Assembly: GCF_003991155.1 (NCBI RefSeq)
Contig: NZ_CP031293.1
DNA: 64,000 nucleotides
Reading direction: 5' to 3' (one strand)
Source: Escherichia coli
GTDB lineage: Bacteria; Pseudomonadota; Gammaproteobacteria; Enterobacterales; Enterobacteriaceae
Of this stretch, positions 43,214 through 55,923 are shown in pieces (within the stretch, counting starts at the first letter, position 1; each line of letters opens with the position of its first letter). The position numbers were made by a program, and so were the translations under genes. A model generated the notes under the pieces. The model saw only the letters and a list, made by a program, of their open reading frames with translations, did not search any database and was not told where the DNA came from.

Positions 43214-44113
43214 ATGCTCTCTCGACATATCAATTATTTTCTTGCCGTGGCTGAACATGGCAGCTTTACCCGTGCCGCCAGTGCGTTGCACGTCTCCCAG
43301 CCTGCGCTTTCCCAGCAGATTCGCCAGTTAGAGGAGAGTTTAGGCGTGCCGCTGTTTGACCGTAGCGGGCGAACGATTCGTCTCACTGATGCGGGAGAAG
43401 TCTGGCGACAGTACGCCAGCCGGGCGTTACAGGAACTGGGGGCGGGTAAACGGGCGATTCATGATGTTGCCGATCTGACGCGAGGATCGCTGCGTATCGC
43501 CGTCACTCCCACCTTTACAAGCTACTTTATCGGCCCTTTAATGGCGGATTTCTATGCGCGCTACCCCGGCATCACGCTCCAGCTACAGGAAATGTCGCAG
43601 GAGAAAATCGAAGATCTGCTTTGTCGCGACGAGCTGGACGTTGGGATTGCCTTCGCGCCTGCGCATTCGCCGGAGCTGGAGGCAATTCCTTTACTGACAG
43701 AAAGTTTAGCGTTAGTCGTGGCGCAACATCATCCGCTGGCTGCCTGTGAACAGGTGGCGTTGAGTCGCTTGCATGATGAAAAACTGGTCCTGCTCAGCGC
43801 GGAATTTGCCACCAGAGAGCAAATTGACCACTACTGCGAGAAAGCGGGGCTACATCCACAGGTGGTCATTGAGGCGAACTCAATTAGCGCGGTTCTGGAG
43901 CTGATTCGCCGCACTTCCCTTTCCACATTGTTGCCAGCAGCGATTGCCACACAACATGACGGGCTTAAAGCGATTTCTCTTGCCCCACCGTTACTGGAGA
44001 GAACGGCGGTTTTGTTGCGGCGGAAAAATAGCTGGCAGACAGCCGCCGCGAAGGCATTTTTACACATGGCGTTGGATAAATGCGCGGTTGTTGGCGGAAA
44101 TGAATCGCGGTAA
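43214..44113 (+). CDS. cynR: LysR-family activator of cyn operon
   Basis: ATG at 43214 gives 299 aa [40 protein letters not shown]...; divergent from cynT. Confidence 0.93.
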   Translation: MLSRHINYFLAVAEHGSFTRAASALHVSQPALSQQIRQLEESLGVPLFDRSGRTIRLTDAGEVWRQYASRALQELGAGKRAIHDVADLTRGSLRIAVTPTFTSYFIGPLMADFYARYPGITLQLQEMSQEKIEDLLCRDELDVGIAFAPAHSPELEAIPLLTESLALVVAQHHPLAACEQVALSRLHDEKLVLLSAEFATREQIDHYCEKAGLHPQVVIEANSISAVLELIRRTSLSTLLPAAIATQHDGLKAISLAPPLLERTAVLLRRKNSWQTAAAKAFLHMALDKCAVVGGNESR

Positions 44114-44123
44114 CCACTGACAC

Positions 44124-44207
44124 AATTGCCTGATGCGCTACGCTTATCAGGCCTACGAGTTCAGTGCTCTACGTAGGCCGGATAAGGCGTTCACGCCGCA
44201 TCCGGCA
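44124..44207. repeat. BIME between cynR and codA
   Basis: aattgcctgatgcgctacgcttatcaggcctac ... gtaggccggataaggcgttcacgccgcatccggca. Confidence 0.75.
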
Positions 44208-44245
44208 TAAACTACGCTCGCTTTGTCAACACACAGCCCAGCCGA

Positions 44246-45529
44246 TCACCGTTTGTAATCGATGGCTTCTGGCTGCTCCAGATATACGGTGGTTTGTGCC
44301 GGTTGTGTGCTGGCAATCACCTTGCCGCCACGTACCGAATAACGTACCGGAACCTGACGGCGCAGCGCATCAAACCCATTTTCAGCCGGCAGGATAATCA
44401 GGTTGGCGCTGTTTCCGGCGGCAATGCCGTAATCCTGCAAATTCAACGTCCTGGCACTGTGGTGGGTGATTAAATTCAGGCCATCGTTAATCTGCCCGTA
44501 GCCCATCAGCTGGCAAACATGCAGCCCCATATGCAGCACTTGCAGCATATTCGCCGTTCCCAGCGGATACCACGGATCGAAGACATCATCGTGACCAAAG
44601 CAGACGTTAATGCCGGACTCCAGCATCTCTTTAACGCGCGTGATGCCGCGACGTTTTGGATAGGTATCGAAACGTCCTTGCAGATGGATATTGACCAGCG
44701 GGTTGGCGACAAAGTTAATACCGGACATTTTCAGCAAGCGGAACAGGCGCGAGGTATACGCCCCGTTATAGGAGTGCATTGCCGTAGTGTGGCTGGCGCT
44801 GACTCGCGCGCCCATGCCTTCACGGTGCGCCAGGGCGGCAACGGTTTCAACAAAGCGCGACTGTTCGTCATCAATCTCATCACAGTGAACATCGATGAGA
44901 CGGTCGTATTTTTGCGCCAGGGCGAAGGTTTTATGCAGCGACTCCACGCCATATTCACGGGTAAATTCAAAATGCGGAATCGCCCCCACTACGTCTGCCC
45001 CTAAGCGTAACGCCTCTTCCAGCAACGCTTCACCGTTGGGATACGACAAAATCCCTTCCTGCGGGAAGGCGACGATTTGCAGATCAATCCACGGCGCAAC
45101 TTCCTGTTTCACTTCCAGCATCGCTTTCAACGCAGTCAGCGTTGCGTCGGAGACATCGACATGGGTACGCACATGCTGAATGCCGTTGGCAATCTGCCAT
45201 TTCAGCGTTTGCCAGGCGCGTTGTTTCACATCGTCATGGGTTAATAACGCTTTGCGCTCGGCCCAGCGTTCAATGCCTTCAAACAGCGTGCCGGACTGAT
45301 TCCAGTTCGGTTGTCCTGCGGTTTGCGTGGTGTCCAGGTGAATATGCGGCTCCACAAACGGCGGTATAACTAAACCTTGTTCGGCATCCAGGCTGTTTTC
45401 AGTTATGGGCATCACGCCGGATTGCGCATCAATGGCGCTGATTTTTCCGTCCTGCAGATAAATCTGCCACAGCCCCTCTTTGCCAGGTAACCGGGCGTTA
45501 ATAATTGTTTGTAAAGCGTTATTCGACAC
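44246..45529 (-). CDS. codA: Cytosine deaminase
   Basis: GTG start (cac at 45527-45529 on + strand) gives 427 aa [16 protein letters not shown]...; overlaps codB stop by 11 nt. Confidence 0.95.
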   Translation of the reverse strand: MSNNALQTIINARLPGKEGLWQIYLQDGKISAIDAQSGVMPITENSLDAEQGLVIPPFVEPHIHLDTTQTAGQPNWNQSGTLFEGIERWAERKALLTHDDVKQRAWQTLKWQIANGIQHVRTHVDVSDATLTALKAMLEVKQEVAPWIDLQIVAFPQEGILSYPNGEALLEEALRLGADVVGAIPHFEFTREYGVESLHKTFALAQKYDRLIDVHCDEIDDEQSRFVETVAALAHREGMGARVSASHTTAMHSYNGAYTSRLFRLLKMSGINFVANPLVNIHLQGRFDTYPKRRGITRVKEMLESGINVCFGHDDVFDPWYPLGTANMLQVLHMGLHVCQLMGYGQINDGLNLITHHSARTLNLQDYGIAAGNSANLIILPAENGFDALRRQVPVRYSVRGGKVIASTQPAQTTVYLEQPEAIDYKR

Positions 45530-46778
45530 TGTTAGCCTCCACATGCGTCATTGCTGCTGTCGTTTTACGATTCAAAATCGGGTTAAGGATCAGATAGCTC
45601 AGCGCGCCACCTAATACCGCGTTGACCGGAACAATTCCCGGTAACCAGTGGCCTGCGGCAATCCCCAAGGCGACCGCCAGAATCGCCACCCAATTGACAC
45701 TCATCATACGCGTGGTCGCAAAGTGCTCATAGCGGCGACGGTTCATCAGATAGTCAGCGATGATCACGCCCCCTACCGGAGGAATAGCTGCCGAAAGGAA
45801 GGTCAGCCAGCCGACAAAATTGTTATACAGCCATAATGCGCAGACCGTACCGATAATACCGTTGATTACCGAAAGGGTTTTGCTCGACATCCCGGTAATG
45901 TTGGCGAAACCTAAGCCCGACGCATAGAGCGCGTTATCGTTGGTGGTCCAGATATTCAGCCCCAGCACCACAATCGCAGGCAGCAGCAGACCCTGAGCAA
46001 TCATCACATCAGAGATATCCGCCATCCCCAGTGCCGCCGCGCCCGCTGCACCGAAAATAAACATCAACGAGTTGCCGAGGAAAAAGGCCACCATCGCCAC
46101 CAGCACCGCCAGTTTGGCATTACGACCAAACCGGACAAAGTCAGCGGTGAGCGTGCCCGCACTGATAAATGACCCCACAACCAGCGCCAGCGCGACATTG
46201 AAATCTAACGGTTGTGCGGGAACGACCGCTTTTAATGCGTCCAGGCCGCCCATGCCGTTAACGGCCAACCACACGGAATAACCGCCAAGACAGGCGATAG
46301 CCGGAACTGCAATCACCGAAAGAACCGTCAGCGCCGAAATGCCAAAGAAGACGGTTACGGTCATCAGTAAACCGGAAACGGCAATCAGCAAATTAATATC
46401 CAGCCCGGTTGCCTTGCCCACCGGAATAGCAAACATCGCCACGCCAACGCCAAACCAGCCAACCTGAGTTCCGCCCAGTAGCAGTGAAGGCAGCCATGAG
46501 CCTTTAACACCAAAAGAGAAGCGAGCAAGAAGATGAGTGGTCAGGCCGGTTTTTGCGCCAATGTAACCAAGAAATGAAGTGTAAATACCGAGGAGAAGAT
46601 TACCGATGAGGACTGCGAGGAAGAAATCATGATAGCTAAGACCGGTTCCGAGAGTGCCGCCGGTCCACATACTGGCGGAAAAGAAGGTTAATCCCAGCAT
46701 GACGAACGTCAATGCCAACACCCCTTTCCGCGCCGACTGCGGGACTGGCCCCTGGCTAAAGTTGTTATCTTGCGACAC
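45519..46778 (-). CDS. codB: Cytosine permease
   Basis: 419 aa multi-[35 protein letters not shown]... Confidence 0.93.
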   Translation of the reverse strand: MSQDNNFSQGPVPQSARKGVLALTFVMLGLTFFSASMWTGGTLGTGLSYHDFFLAVLIGNLLLGIYTSFLGYIGAKTGLTTHLLARFSFGVKGSWLPSLLLGGTQVGWFGVGVAMFAIPVGKATGLDINLLIAVSGLLMTVTVFFGISALTVLSVIAVPAIACLGGYSVWLAVNGMGGLDALKAVVPAQPLDFNVALALVVGSFISAGTLTADFVRFGRNAKLAVLVAMVAFFLGNSLMFIFGAAGAAALGMADISDVMIAQGLLLPAIVVLGLNIWTTNDNALYASGLGFANITGMSSKTLSVINGIIGTVCALWLYNNFVGWLTFLSAAIPPVGGVIIADYLMNRRRYEHFATTRMMSVNWVAILAVALGIAAGHWLPGIVPVNAVLGGALSYLILNPILNRKTTAAMTHVEANSVE

Positions 46779-46845
46779 GAAATTCCCCCTTTTTGCTGTT
46801 TGAAACCCAAAAAATCCGCCGCATTCTATTCATCTGAAGATAAAA

Positions 46846-46860
46846 AGCAATCGTTTTCGT
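46846..46860 (-). promoter_or_regulatory. Candidate PurR box upstream of codBA
   Basis: Minus strand reads ACGAAAACGATTGCT, resembling the PurR consensus; about 70-80 bp upstream of codB start; from memory of consensus. Confidence 0.4.
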
Positions 46861-46930
46861 GGGGAAATATATTTTTTATATGAATGAGTGCAAAAAGGTG
46901 GGGGAAAAATTATCGGTGTAAAAACAGTGG

Positions 46931-47018
46931 GTAGGCATAATAAGACGCGGTAAACGTCGCATCAGGCATCGGCGCATGGTGTCGGATGCGCCAGGCGACG
47001 CATCCGACAATAACCTAC
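46931..47018. repeat. BIME between codB and prpE
   Basis: gtaggcataataagacgcggtaaacgtcgcatcaggcat ... gtcggatgcgccaggcgacgcatccgac. Confidence 0.7.
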
Positions 47019-48901
47019 TCTTCCATCGCCTGGCGGATCTGATCCAACGACGCTGGATCATCAATGGTCGTCAGATCTCCAGGATCGCGTCCTTCGCAAA
47101 TCGCCTGGATCGTGCGGCGCAGCATTTTTCCGGATCGCGTTTTTGGCAATTGCGAGACAAACCAGACGTGCGCCGGGCGGCCAAAGTTGCCAATCTGGCT
47201 GTCCACCAGCGCCATAATCGCCTTCTCTTGCGAATGCGCCACCTCACGATCTTCCAGACTGTCGCTCTCTTTCGGAATGACAAACGCCACCGCCACCTGC
47301 CCTTTCAGCGCATCTTTCACCCCAACCACCGCCACTTCGGCAACGCCCGGATGACTGGAGATACTCTCTTCAATCTCGCGCGTCCCCAGCCGATGCCCGG
47401 CAACGTTAATTACATCGTCAGTGCGCCCGAGAATAAAGTGATAACCGTCAACGTCACGGATGCCCCAGTCAAAGGTGGCGTACACCGGGCGGGAAAACAG
47501 CGACCAGTACGTCTTCACAAAGCGGTCGTCGTCGCCCCAGATGGTCTGAATACACCCCGGCGGCAGCGGCCCTTCCACCACCAGCATCCCTTTCTCGTTG
47601 ACGCCACACGGTTCGCCGGTGACTTCATTAAGCAACTGCACGTTATAGCCATACATCGGCACGCCGGGGCTTCCCAGACGCGTCTGCCTGTCGTCCAGAC
47701 CGCGAGCAATCGCCATAATCGGCCAGCCGGATTCGGTCTGCCAGTAGTTGTCGATGACCGGCACATCCAGCGTATTGCTCACCCAACTGGCGGTCGGCTC
47801 GTCCAGCGGTTCTCCAGCCAGATAGAGCACTTCCAGCGACGAGAGATCGTGTTTGCGAATTTCAGCGGTAGGGAATTTTTTCAGCACGCGAATGGCGGTC
47901 GGCGCTGAGAACATCCGGCTAACCTGATATTTCTCGACGATTTTCCACCACACACCGCAGTCCGGCCAGATCGGTAATCCTTCGTAAACGATAGTCGCCA
48001 TCCCCGCCAGCAGCGGCGCGTAGACGATATACGAATGCCCCACCACCCAGCCGATATCCGAAGCACAAAAGAACACACCGCCCGCTTTGCCGCCAAAAAT
48101 GGTGTCCATCGAGGTCGCCAGCGCCACCGCATATCCGCCGACGTCACGCTGCACGCCTTTAGGTTTGCCGGTCGTGCCGGAGGTGTAGAGAATGCAGGAG
48201 GTTTCGTTGGATTCCAGCCACGCTACCGGCACCCGCGCGCCGATGTGTTGATGGCGCAATGACGCGAAATCGACATCCCGCCCGCTGACGCGCGCCATTT
48301 TCGCCAGCCCGCGATCCACCAGCAAAACGTGGCGCGGCTGATGCTGCGCCTGACTTATCGCATCGTCGAGCAATTTTTTATAAGGAATGATTTTGCCACC
48401 GCGCGCTCCGGCATCTGCCGAGACAATCAGCACCGGTTTAGCGTCATCAATCCGCGCCGCCACGCTGTGCGAGGCAAATCCACCAAACACCACCGAGTGA
48501 ATAGCGCCAATGCGCGCGCAGGCCAGCAGAGTAATATGCGCTTCGGCAATCATCGGCATATACACCAGCACCCGATCGCCACGCTGCACGCCCAGTGAGC
48601 GCAGCATTGACGCCACTGCGTTCACTTCGTCATGCAGCTGACGAAAGGTAAAGGTGCGCTCTTCTTCTGTTTCCGAAGAGACGGCAATCAGCGCCAGCGC
48701 CTCTGGCTGTTTCTCCAGCCAGCGGTCGATAGCGTTGTGACACAAGTTGGTTCGGCCTTCACAAAACCAACGGGCAAACGGCGGATTGCTGTGATCAAGC
48801 GTTTGCGTAAAGGGCGTCTGCCAGTCAATACGCCGGGCCTGCTCGGCCCAGAACTTCTCCGGTTCGTTAATCGAACGCTGATAAAATTCGCTAAAAGACA
48901 T
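47015..48901 (-). CDS. prpE: Propionyl-CoA synthetase
   Basis: 628 aa MSFSEFYQRSINEPEKFWAEQARRIDWQTPF...; AMP-forming acyl-CoA synthetase. Confidence 0.95.
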   Translation of the reverse strand: MSFSEFYQRSINEPEKFWAEQARRIDWQTPFTQTLDHSNPPFARWFCEGRTNLCHNAIDRWLEKQPEALALIAVSSETEEERTFTFRQLHDEVNAVASMLRSLGVQRGDRVLVYMPMIAEAHITLLACARIGAIHSVVFGGFASHSVAARIDDAKPVLIVSADAGARGGKIIPYKKLLDDAISQAQHQPRHVLLVDRGLAKMARVSGRDVDFASLRHQHIGARVPVAWLESNETSCILYTSGTTGKPKGVQRDVGGYAVALATSMDTIFGGKAGGVFFCASDIGWVVGHSYIVYAPLLAGMATIVYEGLPIWPDCGVWWKIVEKYQVSRMFSAPTAIRVLKKFPTAEIRKHDLSSLEVLYLAGEPLDEPTASWVSNTLDVPVIDNYWQTESGWPIMAIARGLDDRQTRLGSPGVPMYGYNVQLLNEVTGEPCGVNEKGMLVVEGPLPPGCIQTIWGDDDRFVKTYWSLFSRPVYATFDWGIRDVDGYHFILGRTDDVINVAGHRLGTREIEESISSHPGVAEVAVVGVKDALKGQVAVAFVIPKESDSLEDREVAHSQEKAIMALVDSQIGNFGRPAHVWFVSQLPKTRSGKMLRRTIQAICEGRDPGDLTTIDDPASLDQIRQAMEE

Positions 48902-48940
48902 AATGCTCTCCTGTTGAACTTACGCCTTACCGCTGTTTGC

Positions 48941-50392
48941 TTAAATGACGTACAGGTCGAGATACTCATTGACCGGCATCTGTTCCAGGCGAGTTCTGTC
49001 GAGAGAAACCTCCAGAATGCGCTGCTGTTGGCGAGTCGGGAACTGGCGCGCGAGATTGATTTTGAATTTATCGACCAGCTTCGGAATTCCATCCTGACGG
49101 CGGCGAGCATGACCAATGGGGTACTCCACCACCACTTCTTCAAAGCGCGTGCCGTCGGTGAACTCAAGGGTTATGGCATTGGCGATGGCGCGTTTTTCCG
49201 GGTCGTGGTAGTCAGCGGTAAACGCCGGATCTTCAAAGCAATTGATCTTCTCGCGCAGGGCGTCGATGCGTTTATCTTGCGCAACGTTGTCCTCGTAATC
49301 TGCCGCCGTTAAGCGCCCGAACAGCAGCGGGATCGCCACCATGTACTGAATGCAGTGGTCGCGGTCAGCCGGGTTATTGAGCGGCCCTTTTTTGTCGATG
49401 ATGCGAATACAGGCTTCGTGGGTGCGAATGGTCACTTTTTCGATATCCGCCGCCGTTTTGCCTGCTGCCTGCATCTGTTCATAGAGCGTCATCGCCGCTT
49501 CAACTGCCGCCTGGGAGTGGAACTCCGCCGGGAAGGAGATTTTGAACAGCACATTTTCCATGACGTAGGAACCGTACGGACGCTGGAAGCGGAATGACTC
49601 ACCTTTAAAGGAGACGTCGTAGAAACCCCACACCGGCGCGGTCAGGGCTGACGGGTAACCCATTTCGCCCGTTTTCGCCATCAGCGCCAGACGTACCGCG
49701 CGGGATGTAGCATCGCCCGCCGCCCAGGATTTACGCGTGCCGGTGTTCGGCGCATGGCGGTAGGTGCGCAGCGACTGTCCGTCTACCCATGCCAGCGAAA
49801 CGGCGTTGAGGATTTCATCACGGGTCAGGCCAAGCATTTCGGCGACCACGGCGGTGGAAGCCACTTTCACTAACAGAACGTGGTCAAGGCCGACGCGATT
49901 AAAGGAGTTTTCCAGCGCGATGCAGCCCTGAATTTCATGGGCTTTAATCATTGCGGTCAGCACCTGTTTCATGGTCAACGGGGCTTTGCCGCTGGCGACC
50001 GCGTTGCGTGAAAGCCAGTCTGCCGTTGCCAAAATACCGCCGAGGTTGTCGGAAGGATGCCCCCACTCCGCCGCCAGCCAGGTATCGTTGAAATCGAGCC
50101 AACGGATCATCGCGCCGATGTTAAATGCCGCCTGGACGGGGTCGAGCTGGAACTGAGTTCCGGGGACGCGCACGCCGTTAGGTACGACGGTGCCGGGGAC
50201 AATTGGCCCCAGCAGTTTTTTACAGGCTGGGTATTCGAGAGCTTCAAGACCGCAGCCGAGCGTGTCGAGCAGGCAGTAATGTGCGGTGTCGTAGGCTACT
50301 CTGGAGCTGATTTCGTAGTTCATCACGTAATCGACGATATCAACGATTTCACGATCAAATTCCGGGCGGATGTTGTTGATTTGAGCTGACAT
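48941..50392 (-). CDS. prpD: 2-methylcitrate dehydratase
   Basis: 483 aa [30 protein letters not shown]... Confidence 0.95.
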   Translation of the reverse strand: MSAQINNIRPEFDREIVDIVDYVMNYEISSRVAYDTAHYCLLDTLGCGLEALEYPACKKLLGPIVPGTVVPNGVRVPGTQFQLDPVQAAFNIGAMIRWLDFNDTWLAAEWGHPSDNLGGILATADWLSRNAVASGKAPLTMKQVLTAMIKAHEIQGCIALENSFNRVGLDHVLLVKVASTAVVAEMLGLTRDEILNAVSLAWVDGQSLRTYRHAPNTGTRKSWAAGDATSRAVRLALMAKTGEMGYPSALTAPVWGFYDVSFKGESFRFQRPYGSYVMENVLFKISFPAEFHSQAAVEAAMTLYEQMQAAGKTAADIEKVTIRTHEACIRIIDKKGPLNNPADRDHCIQYMVAIPLLFGRLTAADYEDNVAQDKRIDALREKINCFEDPAFTADYHDPEKRAIANAITLEFTDGTRFEEVVVEYPIGHARRRQDGIPKLVDKFKINLARQFPTRQQQRILEVSLDRTRLEQMPVNEYLDLYVI

Positions 50393-50425
50393 TGGGTACG
50401 TTTCCTTATTGTTATTCGTAGAGGT

Positions 50426-51595
50426 TTACTGGCGCTTATCCAGCGCGACAAACGGGCGGTCTTCCGGTCCAACATAATTGGCGGAAGGACGGATAATTTT
50501 GTTGTCCTGACGTTGTTCGATAATGTGCGCCGCCCAGCCGGTGACGCGGGCGATAACAAACAGTGGTGTGAACATCTCGGTGGGAACGCCCATCATGTTG
50601 TAGGAAACAGCGGAGAACCAGTCGAGATTGGGGAACATCTTTTTGCTCTCCCACATCACCGTTTCCAGGCGATCGGCGATGTTGTACATCTTCAGCGAAC
50701 CGCCTTCCTGCGAGAGCTGCTTCGCCACGCGTTTGATCACCTGATGACGCGGGTCAGCGATGGTATAAACCGGATGTCCAAAACCAATCACCACTTCTTT
50801 GTTTTCCACGCGCTTGCGGATATCGGCTTCGGCTTCGTCCGGCGTTTCGTAGCGTTGCTGGATCTCCAGCGACACTTCATTCGCCCCGCCGTGCTTCGGC
50901 CCGCGCAGTGCACCAATCGCGCCAATAATGGCGGAATACATATCAGAGCCGGTGCCCGCAATCACCCGGCTGGTAAAGGTGGAGGCGTTAAACTCGTGTT
51001 CGGCGTACAGCACCAGCGAAATATGCATCGCCTTTTCCCAGCTTTGCGACGGCTTTTCGCCATGCAGCAGATGCAGGAAGTGACCGCCGATGGAGTCGTC
51101 ATCGGTTTCCGGCTGAATGCGTTCGCCGTTGTGGCTGTAGTGATACCAGTAGAGAAGAATCGAGCTAAGTGACGCCAGCAGTTTGTCGGCAATATCCCGC
51201 GCACCAGATACAGTGTGCCCCTCTTTTTCCGGCAGTGTGCAGCCGAGCGCGGAAACGCCGGTGCGCATAACATCCATCGGGTGTGACGCCGCCGGTAAGG
51301 CTTCCAGCACGGTACGCACGTTAGCCGGTAAACCACGCAGGGCTTTCAGTTTCGTTTTGTAAGCGGCGAGTTCGTCACGGGTTGGCAGTTTGCCGTGGAT
51401 CAGCAGGTGCGCCACTTCTTCAAATTCACAATGTTCCGCCAGATCAAGAATATCGTAGCCACGGTAATGCAGGTCGTTGCCGCTTTTACCCACGGTGCAG
51501 AGCGCCGTATTGCCCGCCGGAACGCCGGAAAGTGCCACCGATTTTTTCGGTTTAATGACATGGGTACTGTTTTGCAGGATCGTTGTGTCGCTCAT
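50426..51595 (-). CDS. prpC: 2-methylcitrate synthase
   Basis: 389 aa; citrate synthase family. Confidence 0.95.
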   Translation of the reverse strand: MSDTTILQNSTHVIKPKKSVALSGVPAGNTALCTVGKSGNDLHYRGYDILDLAEHCEFEEVAHLLIHGKLPTRDELAAYKTKLKALRGLPANVRTVLEALPAASHPMDVMRTGVSALGCTLPEKEGHTVSGARDIADKLLASLSSILLYWYHYSHNGERIQPETDDDSIGGHFLHLLHGEKPSQSWEKAMHISLVLYAEHEFNASTFTSRVIAGTGSDMYSAIIGAIGALRGPKHGGANEVSLEIQQRYETPDEAEADIRKRVENKEVVIGFGHPVYTIADPRHQVIKRVAKQLSQEGGSLKMYNIADRLETVMWESKKMFPNLDWFSAVSYNMMGVPTEMFTPLFVIARVTGWAAHIIEQRQDNKIIRPSANYVGPEDRPFVALDKRQ

Positions 51596-51635
51596 ATTGT
51601 CCTCGTCATTGTTATCATTTGTAGGGTCGAGATTG

Positions 51636-51726
51636 TTGTCGGATGCGACGCTATGCGTCTTATCCGACCTACAGTTCAGTTCACCTCGTAGGCCTGATAA
51701 GTCGCGTCAGCGGCGCATCAGGCATC
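51636..51726. repeat. BIME in prpB-prpC intergenic region
   Basis: ttgtcggatgcgacgctatgcgtcttatccgacctac ... gtaggcctgataagtcgcgtcagcggcgcatcaggcat. Confidence 0.75.
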
Positions 51727-51754
51727 GGTTGTCGAATACAACCAACGGGCGTTT

Positions 51755-52645
51755 TTATTTCACCTGACCACGGGCAAACAGGTCGTCGAGCTTCTCTTCG
51801 TACTGGTAGTAGTTGATGCTTTCGTACAGCTCGTTGCGGGTCTGCATGGTGTCGATGACGCTTTTCTGCGTGCCTTCCTGACGCAGGACGTTGTAGACAT
51901 GTTCAGCGGCGCGGTTCATGGCACGGAACGCTGAAAGCGGGTACAGCGCCATTGCGACATGGGCGCTGCGTAATTCGTCGGTGGTAAACAGCGGTGTTGC
52001 GCCAAATTCGGTGATGTTGGCGAGGATCGGCACCTGCACCGCATCGGCAAACTGGCGGTACATGGCGAGTTCGGTAATCGCCTCCGGGAACAACATCTCG
52101 GCACCCGCTTCAACATAGGCCTGCGCGCGCTCGATCGCGGCGTCCAGCCCCTCTACCGCCAGCGCATCGGTGCGCGCCATGATCACAAAATCAGGATCGG
52201 TTTTCGCATCCACCGCCGCGCGGATCCGATCCACCATCTCCTCTTTCGAGACAATCGCTTTGTTCGGACGATGACCGCAGCGTTTCGCACCAACCTGATC
52301 TTCAATATGCAATCCTGCCGCACCGGCTTTAATCATCGATTTCACGGTGCGCGCCACGTTAAAGGCCGAAGAACCAAAACCGATATCCGCATCCACCAGC
52401 AGCGGCAGCGAACAAACGTCGGTAATACGGCGAATATCTGTCAGCACGTCATCAAGAGTAGAAATACCGAGATCCGGCAGCCCCAGCGACCCTGCCGCCA
52501 CGCCACCGCCGGAAAGATAAATCGCCTGATATCCGGCACGCCGCGCCAGCAGCGCATGGTTAGCGTTGATGGTGCCAACAATCTGCAATGGATTTTCTTT
52601 AGTCAGTGCAGCGCGAAACGCTTTACCTGGAGAGTGTAGAGACAT
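51755..52645 (-). CDS. prpB: 2-methylisocitrate lyase
   Basis: 296 aa [34 protein letters not shown]... Confidence 0.95.
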   Translation of the reverse strand: MSLHSPGKAFRAALTKENPLQIVGTINANHALLARRAGYQAIYLSGGGVAAGSLGLPDLGISTLDDVLTDIRRITDVCSLPLLVDADIGFGSSAFNVARTVKSMIKAGAAGLHIEDQVGAKRCGHRPNKAIVSKEEMVDRIRAAVDAKTDPDFVIMARTDALAVEGLDAAIERAQAYVEAGAEMLFPEAITELAMYRQFADAVQVPILANITEFGATPLFTTDELRSAHVAMALYPLSAFRAMNRAAEHVYNVLRQEGTQKSVIDTMQTRNELYESINYYQYEEKLDDLFARGQVK

Positions 52646-52690
52646 AGCCCATCCTTTGTTATCAACTTGTTATTTGCGTTAATAAACACA

Positions 52691-52708
52691 AAGCAAGGGG
52701 TGTGCCAC
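52691..52708 (-). promoter_or_regulatory. Sigma54 (-24/-12) promoter of prpBCDE
   Basis: Minus strand reads TGGCAC-ACCCC-TTGCT (TGGCAC-N5-TTGCW); about 45-60 bp upstream of prpB ATG; divergent from prpR. Confidence 0.7.
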
Positions 52709-52883
52709 AATTGACTGAATAAAATTAAATGTTTAATTTCAATTTGTTAGAGATAAAGTCATGAAGTAATCCGCAAATATGTGTTTCAGTTAACGTTTCA
52801 GGCAATGTTTCACCGCGTTTCATTGCAACAATTATGAAACAAGGCTAAACCCAATATTCGGTTTCTTAACTTTGCGGTGCGCT

Positions 52884-54470
52884 ATGGCACATCCACCACG
52901 GCTGAATGACGACAAACCGGTTATCTGGACGGTATCGGTGACGCGCCTGTTCGAGCTGTTTCGCGATATCAGCCTCGAGTTTGATCACCTGGCGAACATT
53001 ACCCCTATTCAGCTTGGCTTTGAAAAAGCAGTGACCTATATCCGCAAGAAACTGGCAAACGAACGCTGCGACGCCATCATCGCCGCTGGCTCTAACGGCG
53101 CATATCTTAAAAGCCGCCTGTCAGTGCCAGTTATTTTGATTAAACCGAGCGGCTACGATGTGTTACAGGCACTGGCAAAAGCCGGAAAACTCACCTCTTC
53201 TATCGGCGTTGTCACTTATCAGGAAACTATTCCGGCACTGGTGGCGTTTCAAAAAACCTTTAATTTGCGCCTCGACCAACGTAGCTACATTACCGAAGAA
53301 GACGCGCGCGGGCAGATTAACGAGCTGAAAGCTAACGGCACCGAAGCGGTGGTCGGCGCGGGGCTGATTACCGATCTGGCAGAAGAAGCCGGAATGACCG
53401 GAATTTTTATCTATTCCGCCGCCACCGTGCGCCAGGCATTCAGCGATGCGCTGGATATGACGCGCATGTCGTTACGCCATAACACTCACGATGCCACCCG
53501 CAACGCTCTGCGTACTCGTTACGTGCTGGGCGATATGCTCGGTCAATCACCACAGATGGAACAGGTACGGCAGACTATTTTGCTGTATGCCCGCTCCAGT
53601 GCGGCGGTGTTGATTGAGGGGGAAACGGGGACGGGCAAAGAGCTGGCGGCCCAGGCGATTCATCGGGAATATTTTGCCCGCCACGATGCGCGACAGGGCA
53701 AAAAGTCGCATCCGTTTGTTGCCGTCAACTGCGGGGCGATTGCCGAATCGCTGCTGGAAGCGGAGCTGTTTGGCTATGAGGAAGGAGCGTTTACCGGCTC
53801 GCGACGTGGAGGTCGCGCCGGGCTGTTCGAAATTGCCCACGGCGGTACGCTGTTTCTGGATGAGATTGGCGAAATGCCGCTACCTTTGCAGACTCGCCTG
53901 TTACGGGTGCTGGAAGAAAAAGAGGTCACCCGCGTCGGCGGGCATCAGCCTGTTCCGGTGGATGTGCGAGTCATTAGCGCCACTCACTGCAATCTGGAAG
54001 AAGATATGCGGCAAGGGGAGTTTCGCCGTGATCTGTTTTATCGGCTGAGTATTTTGCGTCTGCAATTGCCACCACTGCGCGAGCGGGTGACGGATATTCT
54101 GCCGCTGGCGGAAAGCTTTTTGAAAGTGTCTCTGGCGGCGCTCTCCGCCCCGTTTTCTGCCGCATTACGCCAGGGGTTACAGGCAAGCGAAACCGTGCTG
54201 GTGCACTACGACTGGCCGGGAAATATTCGTGAACTGCGCAATATGATGGAGCGACTGGCGCTGTTTTTAAGTGTGGAACCGACGCCGGATTTAACGCCGC
54301 AATTTTTGCAGCTGCTACTGCCGGAACTGGCGCGCGAGTCGGCGAAAACTCCCGCTCCACGCTTACTGACACCACAACAGGCACTGGAGAAATTTAAAGG
54401 CGATAAAACAGCAGCGGCGAATTATTTAGGTATCAGCCGGACGACGTTCTGGCGGCGGCTGAAAAGCTGA
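52884..54470 (+). CDS. prpR: Sigma54-dependent activator of prp operon
   Basis: ATG at 52884 gives 528 aa [15 protein letters not shown]...; AAA+ motifs [13 protein letters not shown]; C-terminal HTH. Confidence 0.93.
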   Translation: MAHPPRLNDDKPVIWTVSVTRLFELFRDISLEFDHLANITPIQLGFEKAVTYIRKKLANERCDAIIAAGSNGAYLKSRLSVPVILIKPSGYDVLQALAKAGKLTSSIGVVTYQETIPALVAFQKTFNLRLDQRSYITEEDARGQINELKANGTEAVVGAGLITDLAEEAGMTGIFIYSAATVRQAFSDALDMTRMSLRHNTHDATRNALRTRYVLGDMLGQSPQMEQVRQTILLYARSSAAVLIEGETGTGKELAAQAIHREYFARHDARQGKKSHPFVAVNCGAIAESLLEAELFGYEEGAFTGSRRGGRAGLFEIAHGGTLFLDEIGEMPLPLQTRLLRVLEEKEVTRVGGHQPVPVDVRVISATHCNLEEDMRQGEFRRDLFYRLSILRLQLPPLRERVTDILPLAESFLKVSLAALSAPFSAALRQGLQASETVLVHYDWPGNIRELRNMMERLALFLSVEPTPDLTPQFLQLLLPELARESAKTPAPRLLTPQQALEKFKGDKTAAANYLGISRTTFWRRLKS

Positions 54471-54472
54471 AC

Positions 54473-54505
54473 TGCCGAATGCAGCGCGAACGCTTTATCC
54501 GGCAT
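54473..54505. repeat. REP-like element after prpR
   Basis: tgccgaatgcagcgcgaacgctttatccggcat. Confidence 0.5.
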
Positions 54506-54567
54506 AAATTTCAATAGATGATCGCCGATAAACTTACGCATCGGGGATGTTTATATAGGGTTCAGAA

Positions 54568-54843
54568 TTACTTCTTCTTATAAATATCCGCCGTGCCGTG
54601 GATCTTATTGTCAGTCTGACCAGAGGTCAGCACCAACACATCAGCCCCTTTTTCATCCGCTTTTTTGATCAGATCTTCTTTCGCATCTGCGGTCGACATT
54701 TCATTACTGGTTGAAATATCACCTATTTTTTCATATTGCGATGCAACCTTTTCAAATTCCGCTTTGGTCATTAATTCTGCGGCATAGACATTGGTAACGG
54801 CAAACGCTAACGCACCGACTAACATTTTAGAGATTATTTTCAT
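54568..54843 (-). CDS. yahO: Periplasmic DUF1471-family stress protein YahO
   Basis: 91 aa; signal peptide [21 protein letters not shown]. Confidence 0.8.
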   Translation of the reverse strand: MKIISKMLVGALAFAVTNVYAAELMTKAEFEKVASQYEKIGDISTSNEMSTADAKEDLIKKADEKGADVLVLTSGQTDNKIHGTADIYKKK

Positions 54844-54989
54844 ATTACGGCTCCAGAGTTGTTATCACACTATCACCCACCCACATTATTGGGTTGATTA
54901 ATAATTAGTTCAGTCAGGGCATAAACGCCAGTAACCGGAAATAAGACACTTTGTGATCTCTCTCGCACCCGATTATTTTTGGTAGAAAT

Positions 54990-55661
54990 ATGATGAAGTT
55001 ACTTCACTTATTTATGGATGAAATCACTATGGATCCTTTGCACGCCGTTTATCTGACCGTAGGACTGTTCGTGATTACTTTTTTTAATCCGGGAGCCAAT
55101 CTCTTTGTGGTAGTACAAACCAGCCTGGCTTCCGGTCGACGCGCAGGAGTGCTGACCGGACTGGGCGTGGCGCTGGGCGATGCATTTTATTCCGGGTTGG
55201 GTTTGTTTGGTCTTGCAACGCTAATTACGCAGTGTGAGGAGATTTTTTCGCTTATCAGAATCGTCGGCGGCGCTTATCTCTTATGGTTTGCGTGGTGCAG
55301 CATGCGCCGCCAGTCAACACCGCAAATGAGCACACTACAACAACCGATTAACGCCCCCTGGTATGTCTTTTTTCGCCGCGGATTAATTACCGATCTCTCT
55401 AACCCGCAAACCGTGTTATTTTTTATCAGTATTTTCTCAGTAACATTAAATGCCGAAACACCAACATGGGCACGTTTAATGGCCTGGGCGGGGATTGTGC
55501 TCGCATCAGTTATCTGGCGAGTCTTTCTTAGTCAGGCGTTTTCTTTGCCTGCTGTGCGTCGTGCTTATGGGCGTATGCAACGCGTTGCCAGTCGGGTTAT
55601 TGGTGCAATTATTGGTGTATTCGCGCTACGCCTGATTTACGAAGGGGTGACGCAGCGGTGA
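54990..55661 (+). CDS. yahN: LysE/RhtB-family amino-acid exporter
   Basis: 223 aa; multi-TM. Confidence 0.8.
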   Translation: MMKLLHLFMDEITMDPLHAVYLTVGLFVITFFNPGANLFVVVQTSLASGRRAGVLTGLGVALGDAFYSGLGLFGLATLITQCEEIFSLIRIVGGAYLLWFAWCSMRRQSTPQMSTLQQPINAPWYVFFRRGLITDLSNPQTVLFFISIFSVTLNAETPTWARLMAWAGIVLASVIWRVFLSQAFSLPAVRRAYGRMQRVASRVIGAIIGVFALRLIYEGVTQR

Positions 55662-55677
55662 GCAGATAATTTACTCT

Positions 55678-55923
55678 CTACGTAATCAACCTGATTTGCC
55701 GGATCCCGACCATCGGCGATGATAGCCCCCGTAATGCGTGGTCCTTATTTCCGATAAGTTTACTTGAGTCTTTAGCTTCCCATTTCAGCCCACTCTCCCC
55801 TGTGTGGGCTTTTTTCATTGCTTTGACCCGTCCTGAATAGCCAAACAATGGCAATGTTTCACTTTGCAGGGATGATAATAAGGGGATCTGATTCAGAAGA
55901 GTTATGAAAAGTTGGACCGCCAT
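55678..55923 (-). CDS. yahM: Small uncharacterised protein YahM
   Basis: ORF-track frame to 55953; ATG at 55923 gives 81 aa MAVQLFITLLNQIPLL...; convergent with yahN (16-bp gap). Confidence 0.5.
   Translation of the reverse strand: MAVQLFITLLNQIPLLSSLQSETLPLFGYSGRVKAMKKAHTGESGLKWEAKDSSKLIGNKDHALRGLSSPMVGIRQIRLIT

Noticed and set aside
46976-47908. 310-aa plus-strand ORF (also 48632-49312 and 50513-51172)
   Set aside because: Antisense to prpE, prpD and prpC; arginine/histidine-rich translations typical of antisense frames of GC-rich genes.
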